The notes under the pieces: model-generated
Seen by the model: only the letters and a program-made list of their open reading frames with translations
What the model was told of the DNA's origin: nothing
Database searches by the model: none
Shown here: piece after piece, positions 6,816-16,231 of the stretch
Layout: every line of letters starts with the position of its first letter
Numbering within the stretch: the stretch's first letter is position 1
Translations under genes and position numbers: made by a program
NCBI GenBank assembly: GCA_046757665.1
Contig: JBHHYO010000063.1
Location: 1 to 16,312, forward strand
Direction of reading: 5' to 3'
DNA length: 16,312 nt
Origin: Nitrospinales bacterium
GTDB lineage: Bacteria; Nitrospinota; Nitrospinia; Nitrospinales; JAJDAT01

Positions 6816-9251
6816 TTAATGGAAAAACCCCCTCTGTGCGTATTCGCGGGTTTGGGGAGCTTTTTCGGAGGGGGCCGGGCTCAGGTGTTTTTGCAGGTTG
6901 CGGGCGGCGATCATCCGCCTGACCTGGTTCAATCCCTTGCGAGCCGAATTGTTCAGCGGCCGGCTCTTGATGGCCAGATTAAAGGCCGCGCGCGATTCCG
7001 CCAACCGGTCCATTTTAAGAAAAGTCCATCCCAGCCCGTCGTTTGCGTCTGATCCGTTCGGCTGCTTTTCCAACTCCCGGCTGAACTGGGCGACAGCCTG
7101 CTCATAATTTTTCAAATGAAAATAACTCCAGCCCAGCCGGGTGCGTACGCTGGTTTCCATTTCAAACGGGGAAATGGCGTCTTCGTTGTCCACCCGCTCG
7201 ACCACCGGGCTGGGGTCGGGATTTGTGGCAAGGCTTTGACTGAGCGACGCGATGGCTTCCCGGTATTTTTTCTGCTTGAACTGGTTGTAACCGATGCCTT
7301 TCAAGGTGTCCGATTTGCCGGGCGCTTTTGCCAGGGAAATCCGGAAGATTTCCAAAGACCGGGGATACAGTTTTTTGTGGTAATAGGTCCACGCGAAACG
7401 GTTATAGACCTGCCAGCCGAAGCGTTCCTTGTCCAATAACTTTCTGAACTCCGGCGTCCAGGCGAAGTCGGGGTCGAGGGAAATGGCTTTCAGAAAGTAT
7501 TCAACGGCAAGGTCGGGCTTCTTCTTTTTATAGTGGATCCATCCCAGCCCCATGTAGGAGGAAGCGCGCAGGGGGTCTTTCTCCAGCGCCTCATTAAAAT
7601 GCCGTTCCGCCTGGTCGAGGCTGGAGCTTTGCATGATGCTCCAGTCCAGTTTGTAGGCGATTTCGTTTTCGTTGGGTTGTTTTTGATGGGCGATAGCCAG
7701 GTACCTGGCGGCTTTCCGATAGAGCCCCAGGTTGTAATAGGAAAGCCCGAGGCCGCGGATGGCTTGCGGCGCGAATTTTTTGTCTTTCCGGGCCCGATTG
7801 AATTTTTTGATGGCCAGCGCATATTGTTTTTTCCCGTAATAACTCCATCCCAGGCCGTTGTAGGCTTCCGCCAGGGTGTCCGGGCGGAAGAACTGCTTGC
7901 CCTGGTTTTCGATGTAGTCGGCGTAAAGCCAGGAAGCCGTTTTATAATTTTTCTTTTGCCGCGCCTGGCCGGCCTGGAAGAGTTGCGGCGCCGTTTGCCG
8001 GTACACGGCCTCGATGCCTTTTTGGGCGGCCCGGTTATCCGGGTCCAGCGCCAACGCCTTTTGATAGAACGCCCGGGCGAGTTCATGCTTCTTCATCGCC
8101 AGATCGGCATCGCCCATTTTGATGTGGGGGTAAGCCCAGTCCGGATAGCGGGCCGCCAGCTTTTCAAATTCCCGCAGGGCGAGGCGGTATTTTTTCAGGT
8201 TGAGATAACGGTCGGCGAACGCCGATTTTTCTTTCTTGGTTTTTTCGACTTCCCGCAGTCCCTCCACCGCGCCCCTGAACCCGGCGAATTTTTTTCCCAT
8301 GCTCCGGAACAGCCTTTCCGCCTTGATGATTTGGTCGGCGCGCAGGTAGCTCCAGGCCAGCCCATTGGCGGCGTCCAGCGACTCGCCGCCGGTTTGGTTT
8401 TTGAACTGTTCGGCGGCTTGCGGATAAAAGCCTTTTTTGAACAGGGTCCAGGCGGAGTCGATTTCCGCCGAGGGCGCCGCCGGCTGGTGCGCCAGCAGGT
8501 CTCCCGGATACCGCGGACGCTCCACCGGTAAAACAAACAGCGCGGGAAATTTGGAACCGAGGGATACGGCGTTGATCGGCGAGTCGGGGTCTCCGGCGTT
8601 CCATTCATGCCAGTCCGCCATCAGTTGATCCAGCTCCCGGGAATTGAAAATTTTCGCGAACTCTTCCCGGGCCTTGTCGCGGTCCTGCAATTTCAAATAG
8701 GCAAAGCCCTTGCCTTTATGCACCTGGTAGGCGTCGCCGCCAAGCAGTGCGGCCTGCTCAAAGTCTTCCAGAGCCATTTCGTAATTTTTCAGGCCGAAAT
8801 AGGACCAGGCGGACCCCATGACCGGATTGGAGGCTCGCGGATAGCGGCCATGGGTGCGCAGAAAAGCCGTTAACGCCTTGTCGTATCGTCCCTGGAAAAA
8901 GTGTGTCCAGCCCAGAAGATTGAGAGCGGTGAAATGGTCCGGAAACGTCAACAACGCCTTGTGGAAATAATACCTTGCCGTGGCGTAATGGCCCAGATTG
9001 TATTGGCGCAGTCCATAAACCAGGTCGGCCCGGGCGTTGAGGTTGGACGGATCCACCGCCGCCCGGAAACTTTGGGCGTTCGCCTCAAAACCGAGAACGG
9101 CGTTATTCGCTTTTGCCTTGAGAATCCGGGTGTTGGCCTTTAACTTGACCAGCGTGGTGTCCAGGGCGCCGCAACCCGCGGTCAGCAAAACCGGCAGGCA
9201 AAGGGCCGCTAAAGAAAAAAAAGCATGGGATGTTCGTATAAAACGCTTCAT
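6816..9251 (-). CDS. Large tetratricopeptide-repeat lipoprotein
   Basis: 811 aa; signal peptide with lipobox LTAGC; roughly 14 or more TPR units with recurring (N)GLGW(S/T)(Y/F) helix A and A...F..A...DP helix B. Confidence 0.92.
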   Translation of the reverse strand: MKRFIRTSHAFFSLAALCLPVLLTAGCGALDTTLVKLKANTRILKAKANNAVLGFEANAQSFRAAVDPSNLNARADLVYGLRQYNLGHYATARYYFHKALLTFPDHFTALNLLGWTHFFQGRYDKALTAFLRTHGRYPRASNPVMGSAWSYFGLKNYEMALEDFEQAALLGGDAYQVHKGKGFAYLKLQDRDKAREEFAKIFNSRELDQLMADWHEWNAGDPDSPINAVSLGSKFPALFVLPVERPRYPGDLLAHQPAAPSAEIDSAWTLFKKGFYPQAAEQFKNQTGGESLDAANGLAWSYLRADQIIKAERLFRSMGKKFAGFRGAVEGLREVEKTKKEKSAFADRYLNLKKYRLALREFEKLAARYPDWAYPHIKMGDADLAMKKHELARAFYQKALALDPDNRAAQKGIEAVYRQTAPQLFQAGQARQKKNYKTASWLYADYIENQGKQFFRPDTLAEAYNGLGWSYYGKKQYALAIKKFNRARKDKKFAPQAIRGLGLSYYNLGLYRKAARYLAIAHQKQPNENEIAYKLDWSIMQSSSLDQAERHFNEALEKDPLRASSYMGLGWIHYKKKKPDLAVEYFLKAISLDPDFAWTPEFRKLLDKERFGWQVYNRFAWTYYHKKLYPRSLEIFRISLAKAPGKSDTLKGIGYNQFKQKKYREAIASLSQSLATNPDPSPVVERVDNEDAISPFEMETSVRTRLGWSYFHLKNYEQAVAQFSRELEKQPNGSDANDGLGWTFLKMDRLAESRAAFNLAIKSRPLNNSARKGLNQVRRMIAARNLQKHLSPAPSEKAPQTREYAQRGFFH

Positions 9252-9413
9252 TAAAATCTTCTGTGTTATTGGACTTGCTATAGTTATCGGCCGTTTCCCC
9301 GAAAAGTTTTAGCTCTATTTTATGCTTTTCCACGGAAAACGATTTTTAAAAGAACGTAATGATGATATCATTTCGGCTTTTAGCGGATTACGGAGAATTG
9401 TTACGGTGAGGAC

Positions 9414-10280
9414 ATGAGATTTTTACTCAAAATATGTGTCGGGCTCGGATTGGCGCTGATCATCGGTTGCGGCGACCGGGAAGAACAGAAAACGGTTGAG
9501 GAAGAACTCCCGCAAGAGGAGGCGGTCCACGGCGTGGAGCCGGTGACTTTGTCTCCGGAAGACCAGATAAAAGCCGCGAAAGCCCCCGAAGGCATGGTTT
9601 TCATCAAGGGAGGCTGTTTCCTGATGGGCAACGAGCGGACGCAAACTGATGAAAAACCCGAGCACGAAGTTTGCGTGGACGATTTCTATCTGGATAAATA
9701 TGAAGTGACGCAAGCCCGCTGGCAGGCGGTCATGGGTTTCAATCCGGCCAAGTTCGTCGGCGACCAGCGGCCCGTGGAGCAGGTGAATTATTTCGATATC
9801 CAAAAATTTATCAAGAAGTCCGGCGGACAGTGCCGACTGCCCACCGAGGCCGAATGGGAATATGCCGCCGGCGCCGGCAGGCGGACCAATTTCTTCTGGG
9901 GCAACATCATGGATGGCGACTATGCCTGGTACAAGGACAATTCCGGAAACACGACGCATCCGGTGGGGCAGAAATTTCCCAATCAGTTCGGCGTGTACGA
10001 CATGATGGGCAACGTCTGGGAATGGGTGGAGGACTGGTATGAGTCCCATTACACCGCGAGGGAGAAGCGCAATCCCAAAGGGCCGCCGACGGGTGAATTC
10101 AAAGTCATCCGCGGCGGTTCGTTCGACTCCTCGGCGGGCGGCCTGCGCATCACCAACCGCACCTGGTTGCATCCGAAAAACCGCGTGTACTCCAAGGTGT
10201 CCACGCAGGGCGGCAACGTCAATGAAATCTTCAACTACATCGGCTTCCGTTGTGCCCACTCCCTGCCGAAAGATCCCTGA
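9414..10280 (+). CDS. FGE-sulfatase (SUMF1-like) domain lipoprotein
   Basis: Lipobox LIIGC; MVFIKGGCFLMG, P.HEV.VDDFYLDKYEVT, RLPTEAEWEYAA, PNQFGVYDMMGNVWEW, RGGSF, IGFRC. Confidence 0.95.
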   Translation: MRFLLKICVGLGLALIIGCGDREEQKTVEEELPQEEAVHGVEPVTLSPEDQIKAAKAPEGMVFIKGGCFLMGNERTQTDEKPEHEVCVDDFYLDKYEVTQARWQAVMGFNPAKFVGDQRPVEQVNYFDIQKFIKKSGGQCRLPTEAEWEYAAGAGRRTNFFWGNIMDGDYAWYKDNSGNTTHPVGQKFPNQFGVYDMMGNVWEWVEDWYESHYTAREKRNPKGPPTGEFKVIRGGSFDSSAGGLRITNRTWLHPKNRVYSKVSTQGGNVNEIFNYIGFRCAHSLPKDP

Positions 10281-10368
10281 CCCGCCGCCTCCTCAATTAT
10301 TTTTTCAACCCGCGGAATTAAAAAGAGTTGCGCGGTTGCATACCTGTATTTCGCGCTATATATAGGGG

Positions 10369-10648
10369 CAGTTGTCAGTTGGCGGAAAAAGCCGGGGCGG
10401 GAGACGGGAGGCCGGAGACCGGGCGGGCAACGCCCGCGGGAAGATAACGGAGACGAGAGACCGGGAAAAAGTGGGAACCGCGAAGCCGCCGAGGGCGCAA
10501 AGGAAAAATCCCCCCAGCCCCCTTCCAGAAGGGAGAGCAAATTTCAAATGGGGTTTTTCTGTGTCCATCTGTGTCCCCTTCGACAGGCTCAGGGCAGGCA
10601 TCGGTGGTTCAGTTTTTTGCTTTTCTCTGTGTCTCGGCGCCTCTGTGG
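10369..10648. repeat. Intergenic mosaic of short tandem repeats and REP-like hairpins from several unrelated families
   Basis: CAGTTGT-CAGTTGG; GGGAGAC-GGGAGGC-CGGAGAC; GCGGGC-aac-GCCCGC; CGCGAAG/CGCCGAG/CGCAAAG; CCCTTC-ca-GAAGGG; TCTGTGTCCA-TCTGTGTCC..CATCGGTGG; CTCTGTGT-CTCGGCGC-CTCTGTGG. Confidence 0.75.
10576..10594 (+). repeat. Dispersed 19-bp repeat CCCTTCGACAGGCTCAGGG, identical to 1369-1387
   Basis: Exact 19/19 match, same orientation, about 9.2 kb apart, both intergenic. Confidence 0.95.
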
Positions 10649-10995
10649 TGATTTCGGCATTGTAAATTTTAATCTTCAAATGGCGGCCTTCGACATGCCA
10701 AAACCCATCTTTATAACTATTTTAAAATCATTGGGATATCAGACAAAATGCGATCCGGGTTTTGGGCCGTTTTGCCGCGAAATTCGTTGATTTTTTACCT
10801 GACTGGAAACCCGGTAAACGGGTTGTGGCGCAAGGGGTTGCGGGGATTGCAGGCTGACATTTCGACTATTTCGTTCCTCGTTTTTTCAAAAAAATTTTTT
10901 CTGAAAAAACGGCTCCGGTCAGGGTGCGCGAGCGTGGCGGTATGGTTAACACTTTTCAAAGTAAGGAGGTACGTCGGGCGAAACCGGTTAAACGG

Positions 10996-12318
10996 TCAGG
11001 CGGGACTGCGTCTTCGATGCGCCGGGCGCCTGCGGGCGGCGGTGGGTCTGCGGGTGTCTTTTCGCGGCGGCCGGGCCGATGATTTTTTGCCGCCCATGGC
11101 GGGCCGGGGTTTGCGGCGCCGGGGAGGCGGACCTTTGACTTCCAGAAACATCTCGTCATCCGGCCATACGACGGGAATCTTGAGTGTCAAAACTTCCTCG
11201 ATGCGCTCCAGGCCGTGCACGTAGTCCTCGCAACCGAGCGATATGGCCACCCCCCTGGCGCCGGCGCGCGCCGTCCGCCCGATCCGGTGGATGTAGTCCT
11301 CCGGGTCCTGGGGCAGGTCGTAGTTGATGACGTGGCTGACGTTGTCGATGTGCAGTCCGCGCGAGGCGACGTCGGTGGCGATCAGAATGTTCAGGTCGCC
11401 CTGGGAAAATTTTTCCAGAACGCGGATGCGCGTTCGTTGATGGATGTCGCCGCTGATCTGCGCGGCGCTGTAACCGTTGGCCTCAAGAGTCCAGGCCAAC
11501 CGCTCCGCCGAGCGCTTGGTGTTGCAGAAGATGATGATCTTTTCGCCTTCTTCCTGCTTGAGGATGCCCAGCAGGAGGCTGAGTTTTTCATCGGTGCCGA
11601 CGTGGTAGAGGCTTTGCTCCACTTCGTCGACGACGATTTTTTCCGGATTGACGGCGACTTTTTCGGCGTTGTTCATGTGCTCGTAGCACAGCTCCATCAC
11701 CTCATGGGACAAGGTGGCGGAAAACAGCATGGACAGCCGCTGATGGTAAGGGGAGATTCGCCGCAGGATGTAGCGGATGTCCTGCCGGAAGCCCATGTCG
11801 AACAGCCGGTCGGCTTCGTCGATCACCAGGACTTCCACTTTTTTCAGGCTGAAAATTTTCTGCTTGTAGTAATCGATCAGGCGTCCGGGGGTGGCGATGA
11901 TGATGTCCACGCCTTGCTTGATCTCGGTGCGTTGTTTGTCGTAGTCGATGCCGCCGTGGACGCAGACGATTTTAAAATCGCAAAACTTGCCCAGGACCAG
12001 GGCGTCCTTTTCGATTTGCCGGGCGAGTTCGCGCGTCGGGGCGACAATCAGGCAACGCGGGCCGGCCTGGCCGGATTTTTTTGCCGGGGCGGCGGGTTTT
12101 TTTCTGAGCAGGCGGCAGAACGTGCCGATCAGAAAGGCGGCGGTTTTTCCCGTTCCCGTTTGCGCCTGGCCGGCCACATCCTTGCCCGCCAGGGCCAATG
12201 GCAAAGCCTGGCTCTGGATGGGCGTGCAAAATTCAAAGCCGGCGCTTTGTATTCCCTTTAAAACCGATTCTTCTATGGGAAGAGAATCGAAGGTTATTTT
12301 AACTGCGTTTTGTTTCAA
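10996..12318 (-). CDS. rhlB: DEAD-box ATP-dependent RNA helicase, RhlB-like
   Basis: Q motif GFEFCTPIQ, GQAQTGTGKT, PTRELA, DEAD, MLFSATLS, EHMNNAE, NYDLP.DPEDYIHRIGRTARAG, Arg-rich tail. Start uncertain: TTG 12318 is preferred because similarity begins at TFDSL; ATG 12402 is possible. Confidence 0.9.
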   Translation of the reverse strand: MKQNAVKITFDSLPIEESVLKGIQSAGFEFCTPIQSQALPLALAGKDVAGQAQTGTGKTAAFLIGTFCRLLRKKPAAPAKKSGQAGPRCLIVAPTRELARQIEKDALVLGKFCDFKIVCVHGGIDYDKQRTEIKQGVDIIIATPGRLIDYYKQKIFSLKKVEVLVIDEADRLFDMGFRQDIRYILRRISPYHQRLSMLFSATLSHEVMELCYEHMNNAEKVAVNPEKIVVDEVEQSLYHVGTDEKLSLLLGILKQEEGEKIIIFCNTKRSAERLAWTLEANGYSAAQISGDIHQRTRIRVLEKFSQGDLNILIATDVASRGLHIDNVSHVINYDLPQDPEDYIHRIGRTARAGARGVAISLGCEDYVHGLERIEEVLTLKIPVVWPDDEMFLEVKGPPPRRRKPRPAMGGKKSSARPPRKDTRRPTAARRRPAHRRRSPA

Positions 12319-12708
12319 GATGCGTGCGAGGGTCTGTGTTGGTTTCCGAACTCGAAGGGGGTTTCGGGTGTGGGATATCCGTTGTTTTAGGCTTCCGCCC
12401 ATTCCAAAGATGTCTCTTCATCTTAAGTGGGATGCCGGGGGTTTGCAAGTCCTAATCTCATTTTTCTTGACTTGCCGTACCGTTAATGCTTGAATACCGG
12501 CTCGATAAAACAACCTTGACGGCTCATTTGACCAACCTCGCTGAAACCGATTTCTCGTTTTTTGACGGCAAATTTCCCGGTTTCCCTTCCGTTTTGTAAT
12601 TCCGGTTTCGGTTATCCATTCAGCAAGTTCGAGTCCTTCCGTGGCGGAGGTGGGAAGGCGCTACGGGGCGGTGTCGAGAGGCGGGGGGTTGGGGATGAAA
12701 GGCAATTT

Positions 12709-14418
12709 ATGATACAGCACGATGTGGTTATCGTCGGCGCCGGATTGGCGGGAATGCGCGCCGCCCTGGAGGTGTGCAAGGACCTGGATGTGGCGATGCT
12801 CAGCAAGGTGTACCCTTCGCGGTCTCACTCCGGCGCGGCTCAAGGGGGAATCGCCGCTTCCCTGGGCAACTCCGAGGACGACAGTTGGGCGGAGCATATG
12901 TTCGACACGATCAAGGGCGGGGACTACCTGAACGACCAGGACACCGTGGAAATCTACGCGAAAGCCGCTCCGCGCGTGATCTATGAGCTGGAAAACATGG
13001 GTTGTGTGTTCAGCCGCGGGCCGGACGGCAAGATCGCCCAGCGCCGGTTCGGGGGCCACTCCAAGCCCCGCGCCTGTTTTTCCGCTGACCGTACGGGCCA
13101 TGCGATTCTCCATGCCCTGCACGAGCAGATTCTCAAAAACAGCCGCTCCGTTCGCATCTATTCCGAGTGGTACATGCACTCGCTCATCATCCAGGGCGGC
13201 CGTTGCCAGGGCATCGTCGTCAGTGATATCCGGACGGGCGATATTGAGGTGATCCAGGGCAAGGCGGTGATTTTTGCCACCGGCGGGTACGGGCGCGTGT
13301 TTAAAATCACTTCCAATGCGTTTGCCAGCACCGCGGACGGCGCCATTACCGCGTTGCAGGCCGGGGTTCCCGTCGAGGATGCCGAGTTTGTGCAGTTTCA
13401 TCCCTCCGGGCTTTACCGGCAGGGGATTCTTTTCTCCGAGGCGGCCCGCGGCGAGGGCGGCACTCTGCTCAATGGAAACCACGAACGGTTCATGGAAAAA
13501 TATGCGCCTTCCCGGATGGAACTGGCGCCACGCGACATCGTGGCGCGGGCGGAACAGAGCGAAATCAATGCCGGACGAGGCATCGACGGCAAGGATTACG
13601 TTTTTCTCGACCTCCGCCATCTGGGGGAGAAAAAGATCATGGAACGGTTGCCGCAAATCCGCCAGTTGGGTATCGATTTTATCGGCGTCGATTGCGTGAA
13701 GGATCCGTTGCCCATCCAGCCCACCGCTCATTATTCCATGGGCGGCATTCCTACGGATGTGGACGGCCAGGTGATCATCGACGACCAGGGCACGTCCTTG
13801 CCGGGATTTTTTGCCGCCGGGGAATGTGCCTGTGTCTCCGTGCACGGCGCCAACCGGCTGGGGACCAATTCTCTTTTGGAGGCCGTGGTGTTCGGCGAAC
13901 GCGCCGGAAAGGCGGCCTTGGAATATGCGGGAAATGTGAGGTTCGAACCGATCAACGAGGGGCATGAAAAAACCCGGGTACTGAAGCTACTGGAAGAAAT
14001 CTTTCAACGGGCCGGCACGGAAAGTTACAACGATATCCGCAATGAAATGAAGGAGACGATGACCGCGCAATGCGGGGTGTTTCGGGATGAAGAAAAGCTG
14101 AAATCCTGCTTGGCGACGTTAAAAAAACTCCAAAACCGCTTCAAAAAAGGTAAGGTGACGGATAAGGGAAAAATTTTTAATACCGAAATATATGAGATCA
14201 TTGAGTTGGGAAATATGCTGACCATGGCCGAGATCATTGCCTTCGCCGCGCTGGCGAGAAAAGAAAGCCGCGGCGGTCACGCGCGCACCGATTTCCCCAA
14301 ACGGGACGACGTGCATTTTCTCCAGCATTCCCTGACTTATAAATCCGGGGATGATTTGGAAGTCAAACACAAACCCGTGGTTATTACCAAACATCAACCT
14401 TTGGAACGCACTTACTAA
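12709..14418 (+). CDS. sdhA: Succinate dehydrogenase/fumarate reductase flavoprotein subunit
   Basis: [10 protein letters not shown], covalent-FAD motif [59 protein letters not shown] 12709 directly precedes the Rossmann motif. Confidence 0.97.
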   Translation: MIQHDVVIVGAGLAGMRAALEVCKDLDVAMLSKVYPSRSHSGAAQGGIAASLGNSEDDSWAEHMFDTIKGGDYLNDQDTVEIYAKAAPRVIYELENMGCVFSRGPDGKIAQRRFGGHSKPRACFSADRTGHAILHALHEQILKNSRSVRIYSEWYMHSLIIQGGRCQGIVVSDIRTGDIEVIQGKAVIFATGGYGRVFKITSNAFASTADGAITALQAGVPVEDAEFVQFHPSGLYRQGILFSEAARGEGGTLLNGNHERFMEKYAPSRMELAPRDIVARAEQSEINAGRGIDGKDYVFLDLRHLGEKKIMERLPQIRQLGIDFIGVDCVKDPLPIQPTAHYSMGGIPTDVDGQVIIDDQGTSLPGFFAAGECACVSVHGANRLGTNSLLEAVVFGERAGKAALEYAGNVRFEPINEGHEKTRVLKLLEEIFQRAGTESYNDIRNEMKETMTAQCGVFRDEEKLKSCLATLKKLQNRFKKGKVTDKGKIFNTEIYEIIELGNMLTMAEIIAFAALARKESRGGHARTDFPKRDDVHFLQHSLTYKSGDDLEVKHKPVVITKHQPLERTY

Positions 14419-15359
14419 TGGCGACTTTAAGAGTCCGGCGTTACGTTCCCGAAAAGCAGAGCGAGCCGTATTACCAGGATTTCCAGGTCGATACGCCACC
14501 CGGCACCACCTTGCTCGATTGTATGAACGAGATCAAGTGGACCCAGGACGGCAGTTTGACGTACCGGATGTCCTGCCGGAGCGCCATTTGCGGGTCCTGT
14601 GCGGTCAAGGTCAATGGACATTCCACCCTTGCCTGCCAGAAACAGGCGACAGACCTGCTCGACGGCGATGGCGTCATTGTTCTGGAACCCCTCGGTAACC
14701 TGAAACCGGTCAAGGACCTGGTGGTGGACTTTCAACCGTTTTGGGACAAGCTGGATCAGGTGAAACCTTATCTGCAACCGGACGACCCGGCTCCGGAAAA
14801 GGAACGGCGGCAGGCCCCCGAGGAATTTGCGGTTATCGACGCCGCCAGCACCTGCATCATGTGCGGCGCCTGTTATTCCGACTGCAACGTTCTGGAGGTC
14901 GATTCCAATTTTCTCGGTCCGGCGGCCCTGGCCAAGGCGCAGAGATTCGTCGGCGACTCGCGGGACGGGGAAACCCATGAGCGTGTCAAGGCGTTGAGCG
15001 AGCCCGGCGGCATATGGGATTGCACTCACTGCGGCGAATGCGTGGAGCGATGCCCGAAACCGGCCCGGCCTTTCGAGCGCATCAAGGAAATCATGGCCGT
15101 GGCCCTGGAACAGGGCGTTCACAACAACAACGGCGCCCGGCACGCTTTATCCTTTGCCAAATCCATCCGGCACAGCGGCCGGTTGAATGAAAATCAACTG
15201 CCTGTCGAGTCCGTCGGTTTTTTCAATTTCAAGGGCCTGCTCAGCTTGATCCCCGTCGGTCTGCGCATGTTTTTGAAAGGCAAGGTTCCGCCCATCATCC
15301 ACAAGTCCATCGATGACGTGGAAGACGTCAAGCGCATTTGCAAGGAACTGGACCAATGA
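14418..15359 (+). CDS. sdhB: Succinate dehydrogenase/fumarate reductase iron-sulfur subunit (type E)
   Basis: CRSAICGSC...C [2Fe-2S]; [11 protein letters not shown] and [12 protein letters not shown] (two full CxxCxxCxxxC motifs); C-terminal extension; TAATG overlap with sdhA. Confidence 0.96.
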   Translation: MATLRVRRYVPEKQSEPYYQDFQVDTPPGTTLLDCMNEIKWTQDGSLTYRMSCRSAICGSCAVKVNGHSTLACQKQATDLLDGDGVIVLEPLGNLKPVKDLVVDFQPFWDKLDQVKPYLQPDDPAPEKERRQAPEEFAVIDAASTCIMCGACYSDCNVLEVDSNFLGPAALAKAQRFVGDSRDGETHERVKALSEPGGIWDCTHCGECVERCPKPARPFERIKEIMAVALEQGVHNNNGARHALSFAKSIRHSGRLNENQLPVESVGFFNFKGLLSLIPVGLRMFLKGKVPPIIHKSIDDVEDVKRICKELDQ

Positions 15360-16231
15360 AGTTTGCACTGTTCACCGGTTGCGTGGCCAAGGGCGCTACG
15401 CGGGAATTGATGATTTCCACCATGAAAGCCGCCGAGGGGCTGGGGATCGATTTTGTCGAGATGAAGAGCGCCTCGTGCTGTGGCGCGGGCGTGATGTCCG
15501 AAAAAAGCCCCCTGCTCACCGACGCGCTCAATGCCCGCAACATCGCCATTGCCGAGGAGCGGGGACTCGATTTGATCACCATTTGCTCCACCTGCCAGGG
15601 CAATTTGAAAAAGTCCGAATGTAAAATCGATTCCGACCCCGAGTACCGGGACAAAATCAACGGCGTGTTGCGGGAAGGCGGGCACCAGTATTCCGGCGGG
15701 AAAATCAAGGTCAAGCACTTCGCCCATATCCTGGCCACCGACGAGGGGTTGGCCCTGTTGCGGCAAAAGGTGAAACGGCCACTGACCGGTTTAAAGGCCG
15801 CGGCGTTTTACGGCTGTTACGTCCTGCGTCCGTCGGAGCTTTCCGACTTCGAGAATCCCGACAACCCCACCGGCATGGAAAAAATTTTTGAGGCCCTGGG
15901 GGCGACTCCCGTTTATTATCCGAGCCGCGTCAAATGTTGCGGTTTCCCGATCGTCATGATGAACAAAAACGCTTCGCTGGACATGAGCGGCAACGCCCTG
16001 CTCGACGCCATTCAAAGCGGCGCCGATTGCGTGGTGACCGGTTGTCCGCTTTGTCATTTGAGCCTCGACTCCTACCAGCCCGAAATCGAAAAGCTGAAAG
16101 CCAGGGGCTACAGCATTCCCATTCTGCATTTGCCGCAGTTGGTGGCGCTGGCGCTCGGCCACTCGCCTAAGGAGTTGGATATGCACAAACACATCGTTTC
16201 CACCGACCGGGCGATGGCAAAATTTGCCTGA
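15356..16231 (+). CDS. sdhE: HdrB-like CCG-domain protein (type E succinate dehydrogenase anchor subunit, called SdhE in that system)
   Basis: Two CCG domains: FTGC...SCCG...CSTC and FYGC...KCCG...[21 protein letters not shown] overlap with the sdhB stop. This is not the E. coli flavinylation factor of the same name. Confidence 0.9.
   Translation: MKFALFTGCVAKGATRELMISTMKAAEGLGIDFVEMKSASCCGAGVMSEKSPLLTDALNARNIAIAEERGLDLITICSTCQGNLKKSECKIDSDPEYRDKINGVLREGGHQYSGGKIKVKHFAHILATDEGLALLRQKVKRPLTGLKAAAFYGCYVLRPSELSDFENPDNPTGMEKIFEALGATPVYYPSRVKCCGFPIVMMNKNASLDMSGNALLDAIQSGADCVVTGCPLCHLSLDSYQPEIEKLKARGYSIPILHLPQLVALALGHSPKELDMHKHIVSTDRAMAKFA

Noticed and set aside
4126-10280. Diversity-generating retroelement suggested by two CLec-fold genes (DUF1566 and FGE)
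   Set aside because: No reverse transcriptase and no template/variable repeat pair is visible in the window.
10369-10704. CRISPR array
   Set aside because: There are no regularly spaced 23-47-bp direct repeats with unique spacers, only one repeat-like 31-mer, and no cas genes in the window.
10235-11224. ORFs of 80-158 aa in the FGE-rhlB interval
   Set aside because: Low-complexity translations of the repeat mosaic, mutually overlapping, with no GxxExxY, four-helix-bundle or transposase motifs.
12627-12636. GTTCGAGTCC resembling a tRNA T-loop
   Set aside because: The flanks do not form a T-stem and no cloverleaf can be built.
12562-12708. 49-aa N-terminal extension of SdhA in the ORF track
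   Set aside because: It is unlike SdhA sequence; ATG 12709 follows a purine-rich RBS-like stretch and directly precedes the FAD-binding motif.
15356-16231. Methanogen-type heterodisulfide reductase
   Set aside because: No hdrA or hdrC is present, and the gene is translationally coupled to sdhB, which fits a type E anchor subunit.
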